NCBI GenBank assembly: GCA_047495785.1
Contig: JBLDXI010000036.1
Coordinates: 744,001-808,000, forward strand
DNA length: 64,000 nt
DNA from: Lepidodermella squamata
Taxonomy: Eukaryota > Animalia > Gastrotricha
Reading direction: 5' to 3'
Shown here: piece after piece, positions 34,539 to 45,679 of the stretch
How the letters are laid out: every line of letters starts with the position of its first letter
Numbering within the stretch: the stretch's first letter is position 1
Program-made: the position numbers and the translations under genes
Notes under the pieces: generated by a model
The model's input: the letters and a program-made list of their open reading frames with translations, nothing else
Told to the model about the DNA's origin: nothing
The model's database searches: none

Positions 34539-36322
34539 CAGTGCTCCCTCGATAAAAGCACTGGGTCGGGAGCCAGACGCGGTCTTTAAACAAGGGAAAG
34601 CTATAACGAGGGCTGTAATTGAATGCAGTAGCTAAAAATAGACCGTTTCTACGTCTTAAGACAGTTGCCATGCCAACGCGCAGAAAGAGACGGACACGGA
34701 TTACGTGTCATTGCAAATTTCGCTCGCTAAAGACTGTTAAACAATAACACTATTAATCACTAGTTCTTCGCCAAGTTTTTATTCTTATTTGCCAGGGCGG
34801 CTTTGATATGACTGGATGGCCTTGTTTTTTTACTCTGATTTTAAGTCCTGCCTGGGGTTAACGAACTCAGAATAAAAAAACCTGGAATCTCATTATTTCA
34901 ATTTACTTCAAAAATGCCCAGCTCGTCCGATTTCGCAAACAAATTTCATTTGAAATCACAGCTTAAAAAAATCGATCACCCTGGTCAAGATTGACCAGAA
35001 TACTTCTGAATAAATCACCAGCAAATTCAGCCAAACATTCTCAAGATAATGCTGTGTTCAATTCATATAACTCATGCTTAGCCTAAAATTCGTAAAATTA
35101 TTTAAAAAATAATATGAAATTTGAAACAATTAGGATGACAAAATGTATTTTCGACAATTTTTTCCCGGTTAACCTGACTTTTTCTTTTTTAAATTCATCG
35201 AATTAATGGTATTGAGCAATCACGGACCGATTTCAAGGCATAAGACGTGTGGTTCCATCAAGAGGGAAGAGGGAACAAGAGGGTGTTTATATTGAATGGA
35301 ATAAATTTGTATCTTCTCAGGCGTGATCATTTTCATTCGACTGGCCTATTAGGATCAAGGTAAAAATCGGGCAGAAGCTCCCGCCGCCCCTCCTCGGGAT
35401 GTTGCGATTTTCAAAGTCAAAATCGAATTATTAAAAGTTGTACAAAAAACCCGTAAAATTGCCAAGGCGTTGAGCAATGAAATCGTAGAGTAGTGGCAGC
35501 CAGTTTCATGTTAGATCAGGCCTATCGACTATCGAAAATCGGCTAATAATCCAATAACTCAGGACAACTGGAACGATTGAAAACGGTCTAATTTTATGAG
35601 AATAAATCCATGTATCGAAATTAAAATAAATCGTAAAACAAGGACGCGTTTCTTCATGATTACGCAACACAGCCGGGAACAAAATTGGGAAAACTGAAGT
35701 TTCAGTTTCCTTAAAAAAACACGATTTATATCCTAATTTGATCATGCTACATAATAATGCTGGTAAATTTCAAGAGATTTTCTGGCCGGGAAAAAGCTAA
35801 AAATTGAAAAATCAGGGCAATTCAGATGAGTCTTTTAGTTGATCAGCAATTGGCCTGAGGGAAAATCTGCAAATCAAGGAGAGCTAAGATTGACGGGCAT
35901 TTTTATTGTTATTGAAATGAATCGCTGATTTTGTCTGATAAATTGGCGTAATTTCTGATAGAAAAATTTAACAAAAAACAAAAGTTTAACTCGCAGCACG
36001 ACTTGAGTGGCAGCTAATCCTCACACTCTGTTGCATAATCACAGCCATTTCAAAGCCACAGGAACAGTTTAATGCACTGATGATCTTTCGGTTTGAACTT
36101 AACTTGAAAAAACTGGATCTCTCAAAACCACGACAACGCACCGCTAGGTTTCTAGGAACGCTTTATTATTTTAATTTTTCACGCTTAATTTTTTAAATCT
36201 ATCAAATAATTATTTTTTGTTTAATTACAAATTTACAACTAATTTATTTGGCAGGGTCCAAAATAACGGTCTACAAACGAGGGAGTTCTTTTAAGGAGGG
36301 TGCCACTAACGAGGGAGCACTG
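34539..36322. mobile_element. 1784-bp non-autonomous Tc1/mariner (pogo-like) element, copy 2
   Basis: Same TIRs, TA TSD, length and sequence as 20155-21938. Confidence 0.92.
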
Positions 36323-36410
36323 TAAAGATGAGAAAACAAAAAAAACGCTTGAAATTAGAGATGATTATCAACGTGTGTTAAGGAATTATTTAAGGATGCA
36401 GTCAGTTTTC

Positions 36411-39400
36411 TTAGTAGACTAGAATTTCAGAGAATGCTAGAGGCATGGCGCCTGATTTTTCGATGCGAACGTATCGACCCAGCAATGGAGGCGTGCAGTA
36501 CATGCTAAGCGCTTGCCCGAGCACAAAATTCGGGAAGCGATACGCCCGATAGATGTCACAAATAGGATTAGGCGCTGCATTGGCCGATGATTCATCACCG
36601 ATTCGGGAAAGGACTTCGTAACTCGTCGCATTGAATAAATCACCGGGAATATACGCAATTGTAGGAACTACTTTTGACACATAAATCGACTGGCCAATGT
36701 CGATTAGAAACCAAAAATCAGCGGAGTGCCCAGGGCCGATCCATGATGGGAAAAATGAGCCATCAGTCATGTTAGCGCTGAGTGGAGCCGTATAAGTCGA
36801 TGTGACTTTCTTGAACAGCGCGTAATTCGTCCCAGTTTCAGCGGTAGCTTCAACTTTACAAATCAAAATAATGGCGTCGCGAGTGCTGGATATCACGCTG
36901 ACATAACGGCCCGATACGGGTGGGAAACAAGGCACGGACAATTTAGCGTCATAAGGAACGTAAGGGACAAAGGACGTAGTGTCGGCGGCATTGTTGCAGC
37001 TCTTCAATGCTGCATCAGCGTACCAAGTCGGCACGCTGTTGGAAACGGCAACCCTCATGTCTGTAATGGCGTATTCAACATCGGCGTAGGTGCAGCCCTT
37101 GAAGCTAAACCGTCCTATCGGCTGTAGAGTGTAATCGTCAACGTACAATCGAACGGCGAAAGCAACTAGAGGTGGTTTAAGGTAGTTGACGTAAGGCTCA
37201 GAATTCGGGCCACTGGAAGGTCCATCGAAAATTCTAATCCTCGACCCATTGTTGCCGGTGTAAGCTACCCATTTGCTACTACCCTTCAGCCGAAATGCCA
37301 GGTGATACTTTTCGATCCAGGCCGCCAATGTGGCGCTAGATTGAACTGCGACAATGTTGACGATTTTCAGCTCGGTGAATGTTATCTGAAAATAAGGCTG
37401 ACGATCGGTGGCCAGTGGGATCCAGTCTGAGTTGCCGATGTCATTTCGGCTCAAATCACTAGGATTTTGTGCACTCGAAGCATTTACAACAGATTCGCTA
37501 TCGAAAAGTTCAATGTTGCAAAATTGATCTAAAATGAGTTTCGAAAAATTGTGGTACATTATAAGAAATTCATTGTCAAAATCTAACGTGCACAGCCTCG
37601 AACTCGCCATTTCAAACAGATGTGGCCGCTCCAGGATTCAGGATGGAATCTGAGATGACGGGCTATAATGTGAGGCCTTAGGAAGCTCCATTGAGTCGAC
37701 GTTGAATCGTTGTTAGCAACGAAAATCTATCGAAAATTTATTTCATTTTCGATAATATAATTATAATATTTCGAGTTACTTTTGTTGACGACAGGCCGAT
37801 GGCTCGATCGTAAAATGTTTTGAAGGTAACGCCATTATTGCTGGATGACAGCCGGTAGGTTCGGACGAAGCAGTTGTTCACCGAATCACCAGATGTCGCA
37901 ATGGATGTAACGATTTTCTGCTCGCTAAAGTCCAGAGTCAAGAATTCCGTGTTCGACAAGGTCACTGGAGCCCAGGCGCAAGCCATAGAACCACGAACAT
38001 CCCCCGACGCAGGGCAAACGCCGTAAGGCGGTGAAGCGGAGGAGTAGTTTGAACTGTAAGTCCAGGCCGAGGTTACGGACAGGTCAGACTCGCAAACGTG
38101 GCCCTCCACTGTAAGTCCAATAGTTTTAATATCCTCACAAATACCTTTATTTTTCATCGCTTACATGTATTCGGCGTAGGTATTTGATTAGCAAGCTCCA
38201 TAGCTAGGAGTGAATCTACCGGGCTCTGGTAGATTGCCAGCCAAGTCATCAACCCTGTGAAGTACGCGCTGCTCGAGACATCCTAAACATGGCGAATTAA
38301 ATTTTTTTGCAAAAAAGCCATTTTCAAAAATTATGATTTCAAGTCGCGACACCCCTGCTCTGAGACTCCAACCAAAGGCAGGCTGGAAAAACCACAGGGG
38401 GAACCTTTGGTCTCTTGGGCTGGGTACTAGAAATCACCTCGGCTGCGGGATCCTACTCCGCACACCGATCCCAAGTCCTTTTAGCATGAGTATTTCCCTA
38501 CAACTTGAGCCTACTTTTACCTCTCTAGCTTGGAAATTTAGAACATTTTATGATGTTGGAAATGCAGACCTACCCTTCCTATGAAGAGGCCATTCGTGTC
38601 ACCAGGAATGCAGTCGCTGAAGCTCTGCGTTGTCCCAGCCACGCCATCACGATAGCCAGTGATGCGATGAGCACCTGCTTTGAAATCAACGTTCAACAGC
38701 AGGTGCTGCCAGCGATTTACAGCCGCGTTGCCTGTATCGCTTACTGTCTGCACTCCACCGCAATTCACTGTGTAGGATATCCCCATGTCCGCCGAGTTGT
38801 ATAGCAGCTGGAGAACAGGCGATGTACCCATGGCTAGCTGGAATATTGGCTGGCTGCCAGCAGTGAAATTTGGAAAAAGCATTGCGTGGATTGCCACGGT
38901 ATAGGATGGCAGAGGGGCAGAGCGGTTGAAGCCGACCTTGTAGCTGCTGAGATATGAAGCAGCACTCAGTGAATTAGCGGCAGCGGGTGAAAAACGAAAC
39001 ACCTCCGTGTCGCCCGTCGACCAAGGGAACGCAGGCCCACGCAGGGGCGACCCAGCCACAGTTAACAGATCAGTTGTACCATCCACTGTAGACATGCCAT
39101 TGTTGTAGTCGAAGGGTGTTGACAGAACGGCTTTCATCGTGCTGGATAGCGGGCATCGCCTCGAGGAATAGGCGAGTCTTCGCGTGAACACTCCAACGTT
39201 GTAATAGAGTTGCACACACGCATAGCTCGTCGGCTGGCTGTTTGCACCTCCGATTCTGAAATACGTCGTAGCAGCTTGCATTCCAATGCCGTCGCAGCGT
39301 CTTGGCGACGAAGCAACGAATTCGCCCTCTTGAATCAGATAGGCGGTAGCGGTCCCTAATATGAACTGAAATCCAACATAGTTCCACTGATTCAGTAGCA

Positions 39401-42400
39401 GCTTTATCGGGGAAGTCAGCGTGAAAGGCGAAGTGTAGCCAACACAAGTAGCGACGAGTTCAAGGTAGCCAGTCGACGATGTCCTCAATCCAGTTACAAA
39501 AGCTGTTGAATTCAACGTAGCCGTCCAGCCCATCAACAATCCGCCGAAACTAGCCGGTTTGAAATGAAACAGGAGCGAGAATGTGTTGGCACCGACGGTG
39601 AAAAGGGCGGACGGAGCGTTTATCCATAGATAATCCGTTTGAGAATTGAGCAGCCATGCGCTAAATATGAAAAGAAATTGGCGTTGTTTCTAAAATCGGG
39701 AAGAAACATCGAGGTGCTCCACAACACCGTGAAAATGATGCGAAATAAAATTTACCCCATATTTCGATTAATTTTTAAAACGAATTATTTGGTCTCGGGT
39801 GTCTGGGTTAGCGAAAATAAAATTATTTATTTTATATTTTGGTCTCGGTTGTCGGTCTCAGTTGTCGTAGTACTTTTTATCACTTACGGTTATGGAGAAA
39901 TAAGAAATACCAGTGCCACGTTGGTCACGTGACCTTACCTGCTGTCACACCATGTCGGTTATCTCGAGAACGGTGATAGCTAGGAAGCCGCTCTCAAAGA
40001 AAAAGTTCATCAGCGTGACGAGATCTACCTAGAAATGCATTCAGTTGGATTTTAGGTGATACTTCGTGCATAATCGATTTTGATGACACTTTAGTGCAGA
40101 TTTGTGATAGTCCCAAAAAGGGTCCTAGCTCATCACCAAGCCTATGAGAAACTGTCATACAATTTCTCAGCGCGGAGATATGCCTTTTGGTCACCCTGGG
40201 GCTGTAGTCACCCTAAATATAGGGTGATCGATAAAGCTGTCATTGGGCTTTAATGGGTGTTAATGATAGGTATGGTTTTAGGGTTTACAGTTGAATAAAG
40301 TATTAGAAATTTACAAGGGTTTTTAAACGGGCTGAAGAAGATTCCGTCATTAAAACGGGGGTCAAACTTGTTGGTGATCACCTTGATAGACGGTCTGATT
40401 AGGCGGTTTCAGAATGACGCTATGTAACGATTTTCCGACGCAAGACGCAAGACTATGAAATTTTGATTTACGTGTTTCTGTAGCTGAGCACATTGTCGCA
40501 CGTCGGGTTACCAACCACTGTAAAAGCATTGCCTGGTCTGAAAGCATCGGCCAAATTGCAGGCTAACGGATACAGCAAACAGCGTTCGGGATGCTAATTG
40601 CGACGAGATGTTAGATCAATTGGGAAAAAAGTAAGGATAAAGTGTGTTTACTCACCTGTCCAAGGAGCTTGAGCACTTTGATCAATCTCAGCGTTGTCCA
40701 AAGCCCGTTTGTATATCTGGATGTGTGCCAGCCTCCCGGTCCATGCGCCTCCCACCACGAGGTATGCATTCACCTTGACGGCAGTCGATGTGAAGCAGTT
40801 GACCGCGTAGATCCCACGCAGGATTCGATCGATGAAAGCGCGAGCGATACCCGAGCGGCAGTCGAATGTCACAGCGGTGTGAACCCAGCGATTTTTGTCG
40901 ATGATTACGTATCCATGAATTTTAGGGAAACTCCCAGTGTCGTTGCATGCCCGAGATTGATCCACGAGAAATGTCCCCGTATCGTTTATCCAAATTCTCA
41001 TACACATACTAGGAAAAAGGGAAATAATGTGTCAATATAAACAAGCTTGGGATATAGTAAATATATTACCAAATTATTTCAATCAGTTCCGAGTCACCAA
41101 TTTTAGTGCCCAGCCTCTAACCCTACCCTAACCCTGACCCTAACCCTAACCCTAACCCTAACCCTAACCCTAACTCTATCCCGAAATTGCCGAATAAAAT
41201 AGTTGGGTATTGAATCAAATGAAATTTAGTACCGCATTAAGATTTCCTCTACAAGCTTTTTATAATTTTGACTTACTTTCCTTGAGTTGAGCTGATCAAA
41301 TTGAGAATGCCACTCGTGTGATACACCCATGCTGAAAATGTCCAACCATTATTTTTGTCAGCCGCTAAATTATCCATCGGAAGAAACATCTTGCCAGAGC
41401 CCGACCACGCAAGGGCTGACATCGATCTCCCAGTAACACCCAAGCTGAATGTCAACGCGGTTGAGTAGACGCCGTTGTTGCCATTACCACTCAGATCGTC
41501 GGCTCGGCGCAAGATGTCAAGCGGCCAGTAGCCATCTGGGACGAGTGTGAAAGCCGGGTCTAGTTCCGGGGTTGTAATTTCGACAGACGTGATAATTTTC
41601 GTCTCGCCCAAATCAATTGTAACGAAAGACCGCGAGAAAGGATCCCCGTTACCTGTTCGCAGTTTCGTGCAGTTTGTGAAACTTCTCTCTCGAATAACAC
41701 GATCGTCAGTCACAACTGAGGCATCAGGCAGCCCAAGCAGAGCATCATTCGCTAAGGAATACGCTTTGGCGATGGAAGCATTTAAAGCAATATTCGGTGA
41801 ATACCTAGGGGTAGTTCTACAGCCAAGAAGCTCGATTTTGTAACAAGGCCTCGAGCCAGAAAATGAAATCGGCTCAATCTTGAAGTATTGCGCAACAACG
41901 GGCCTCGGGAATACAACTGTTGCGATGTTCAACGCGTCAACGTTACCCGCTTGGCCATTATTGTCCTGCAGCTCAGCCCAGTTATCACCCAACCTTGCCT
42001 TGTAGCTTAAGCTGAACACTTTGACCCAAGAATTAAGCATGGCACAGCCCTGAATTTGAACAGCAGTGACCACGGTCTGTTTCCTCAGGTCGATTGTCAA
42101 AGGCATGCTGTTGGCATACGCGGCCAGGCCCCAATTCAGCCGTGAGTAATAGGGCTTTGCTACGGCAACAGTTTCGGTCGAAAGTTGAGAATCTTCAATT
42201 TCATTAGTTTCCATGCCTAGCGGCTCAAAGCATTGTGCTGGGGAGCCCTTAACTGCCACTTTCGCTTTGCTTTGAAGCGCCGTTCTGTTCTCGAATGTGT
42301 TCGAAAATCTGACATGCTTTGTGAGGACCGGCCGGAAAGGCGTGAAAACCGAGGTATTGCCCTCGATAGGATCCCACAGCCTGTTCTGGCCGTGGCCATT

Positions 42401-43087
42401 ATTAATCGCTTGGAAGGTCAATCCGTCAAAACTCCACTCCAATTTCAGCTTGAATAAACAGTTTGCGCAGAAAATCTGGAATTCCGTCATCCAAACGAAG
42501 CGTTGTAGATCGATTTTAAACCAAGAACCAACTGGAGGATTATTGCCGAACCCGAAATAATGAGGATGGCTTTCGTAGAGACGACCAAGCGGCGGCTTCT
42601 CGTCGCTCAAAACAGAGCTCGAAGAATAACCCAAGTCGGTTACGTAAGAATTATCAAAGTCAACAATTTCACCGCCTGAAGGCGCTGTCCAAGCTGATTT
42701 CAGTGTTGCATCCCATGTCGCTGTTACAGCACAAGATCTCGTCGAGCATTGGCGCGATTTCTTCATCAGGCCCTGCGATGACACTGAGAATGATGTTGCG
42801 TCTGCATTTGCTAGGGCTTGGGCAATCCTCGAGCCAGGTAAGTCAAAGCTCCATAGGTAGCACATTCGGATAGTCGCCGTGAATTGGCCGGATCTGCATA
42901 GATTGTTCATATTACACGAAGCCATACAGGTTACTGCTGATTGAACAGAGCTTAGATTTCCAACAATGTGGATCGAGAGGTTGTAGCCGGGTGAAACTGG
43001 GCCGAAAGCCATTCCAGGGTATATGTTGTAGTGATAACCTCCAGCAGCAACGCTGTGGCATAGCGCCGCTGTTAGAAGCAAAATCAT
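36411..43087 (-). CDS. Large secreted mosaic lectin-like protein: PAN, F5/8 type C (discoidin), FTP/fucolectin-like and LamG domains (about 8 exons)
   Basis: Signal peptide; PAN (CMASCNMNNLCRS..CYL); F5/8 repeats (CFEPLGME..IEDSQLS, VTAVQIQG, IELLGC; IATSG; VAVQSS); FTP-like (NIALN..., WFLIDIG..GRYVRI); LamG (WPL..DLSGNGNNG, WVHTAVTFD, WNYVGF, WQHLLL). Exons 43087-41277, 41008-40656, 40593-40472, 39660-about 38573, about 38282-38165, about 38108-37780, about 37726-37588, about 37528-36411. One apparent +1 frameshift at 40677-40679. Confidence 0.8.
41115..41180 (+). repeat. Telomere-like (TAACCC)n tract in an intron
   Basis: CCCTAACCCTAACCCTAACCCTAACCCTAACCCTAA within intron 41009-41276. Confidence 0.85.
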
Positions 43088-43885
43088 TTTAGAGATTTGA
43101 TCAACTTTTGGTTATAATCAGTGAACAAGCCCGACTCTGCATTGATTTTTTCATCTTTTTTTGTAATCAATGCGTGATGTTATTTTTCTGAACTCAGCTC
43201 AAGGTATTGTAGGTATTAATTGAATATAGCTTTCACGCTGCTTCGCGGCAACACATCTTTGTGGACATCTGAAGTTCTACTGCGTAGGAATAATGAATAA
43301 TTCAGTGGCCGAAAAGCTCGCCTACGTTTCTCCGGTGTGAGCCTGTGCGCTTTCTTGCTGTAATTGGAAATATGGGAAAATTCATTTATTGATCAAATTT
43401 TGTTTCCTCAGCGATGAACGAAATGTGCCAGAGATCAGAGATAACAAATTTCAGATAATGCTGTATTATATTGTATCATACCTTTACGCTGTATATTTTA
43501 TTTGCATTTTTTCTAAGAAAATTTGATCAGTTCAAAATTTAGTTCGAAGTTTATCGGACTGTTCTAACAACTTCATAAACATCTACTGAAAAACTCAAAT
43601 ATTTACGTTGAAATAAAACACGAGTGTATGCACCACTTTTATGATCCCTGACCTCATTGCCTCGTTTGCAAATTGTCTTCCCCGTCATATGCTGCCGCCT
43701 TGTCTAGGGAATTTATTGAAGTAGTGGCTAGACGTAGCGATGATCACGCGAAAAAAACGTCATCCTAGCATCCCGGCAGCTGATATCATTCGAATACCAA
43801 TTCTCAAAGCTCGTAGCTTTACCAGCTCGTTATTTCATTTCTATTCAATTGAATACTTATTCACTTCGAGTTTCAACTTCTAAAC

Positions 43886-44564
43886 ATGCAGACTGGAGCT
43901 ATTTTCTTAATCGGCGTGCTTTCCTCCCTCGCCGCTGTAACATGCAAGCCCAAGGCATCGGATGTGCTGCAAGGTAATTGCCTCAGGGGTCTATATAGAC
44001 TGAGTTTATTAATGGTCAAATCTATAGCTAATTATATTATTTCTGCCCTTTTAGGAGAAAACGTGAAAGATGGCGCCGGCAGAGATGTTGCAGTCTCGAG
44101 CCTCAGTGGCGAAGGCAAGTTCATTGGGCTGTTTTTCTGTGGCCAGTGGGCCCCGCCATGTCGCGCATTCACTCCAACCCTGATCAGATACTACAACCAG
44201 GTGAAAGCCGGCAAGAACAATCTGGCGATTATCTTCGTTAGCAGCGATCAAGATGCGAAAAGCTATGCGGGCAACTTCAAAGCTATGCCGTGGTTGACGA
44301 TTCCATATGATGACGAGGAAAGAAGGGTGAAATTGCACTTTTGAGTGTATAGCATCATTTTTATTTTTTTTTTATGATTAGACTGCGATTTCTGAACATT
44401 TCGATGCCCATAGTGTCCCAACTCTAATAATCCTCAATGCTGCAGATGGATCGGTGAGATTAGTCTCATCTTCTAATGATTTTTCTAAACTTTATTTGTA
44501 CTCTTAATAGGTGTATGAAGCTAAAGGACGAGATAAGGTGGCAAACGGACTGCTCTACCTATGA
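43886..44564 (+). CDS. Secreted nucleoredoxin/tryparedoxin-like thioredoxin-fold protein with WAPPC site (4 exons)
   Basis: Signal peptide; GKFIGLFFCGQWAPPCRAFTP, IIFVSSD, MPWLTIPY, VPTLIILN. Introns 43974-44054, 44327-44381 and about 44454-44510 restore the frame. Confidence 0.85.
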
Positions 44565-45679
44565 AGATCAGTTGAAAAATCAAGAAACATTATTTAACAG
44601 CCCATCTCCCCCATTAGGATTATAAGGAATTTCGCTCAAAGCTCGAAGTCCTCCGCTTAGTCTCAGGGCTATTATATCTATGTAATATGCTCCATGCTGT
44701 GGTGATACCTTCGAACCTAAGATCGAGGAGGATCGTCATAACCACAAATGCTTCTAGTTTTCAGAATCACTCGATTACTAAAAGGTAGAATTTCCAATTC
44801 GATTTCCAGAAATGCCCCTAATTCCTAACTGAAAAAATATAATACTATATGCTGAAAATCAATAATAAGCTGAAAATAAAAATCTAACACGATCCCCATA
44901 ACTATGAAAGAGGAAGGTCTTCGATCTTATCGATAGAATTGGCTGCTGAGTATTGAGTAGCCAAGGGCATATTCAGAGGGACTGGGCATGTTTCAGCCTT
45001 CGACAGGAGGCGGCCGGCATCTGGCACTCAAGGGCGCTCACTCGGTCCGAGATGTTCGCAAGAAATGTTTGCAAATCTTGGCAAGGGTGCTTTGTAGGTG
45101 TGATGTGCTACTCCTACAAAACCATTGTCTTAGCATGACGAAGTCAACAAATACGGAACTGATTCATCCCGAAGCCAGCAGCTTTCAGCAATTAGCATTC
45201 AGTATTCAGAAAAACGATGATCGATGATTGAGACCCCTGCCTTCTGACGATCGTTGAGAAGTGTACAGAGCCCTAATTGAATTTTCTGATTTATTCGTGA
45301 GACTTAGTTTAACAATTAGTAGATCTCATTGGATTTTGAAAAATGTAGAAATTAGTTTTGATATCAAATAGATAAAGGATTAAAATACTATTATGATCCA
45401 TTTTGTCACTTTGAAAAAGGCGATAATAAAGAACAGGGATGAAGAATCTGCAAATTCGAGCAGCGTTGCTGCCGGAAAATTTGTAATTTTCAGTAATTTT
45501 CGGGAAATTTTCAAGATTTTTTATAGGGAAAGCGGGAAATATCTGGTTTCCTGCTTGGAAGGTCTACAGATTTCACACTCGTGAAAAAGAAAGATGAGGA
45601 AAATGTTAAACAGTTGAGAAAGCAATCGCGCCCGATATATACGTATACGTAAATTGCCTAACATCTTTAGTCTAGAGAG

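Noticed and set aside
38145-38164. Apparent 20-nt intron GTAAGC...TAAAG in the mosaic lectin gene
   Set aside because: A better acceptor (GGACTTACAG) gives an ordinary 56-nt intron in the same phase.
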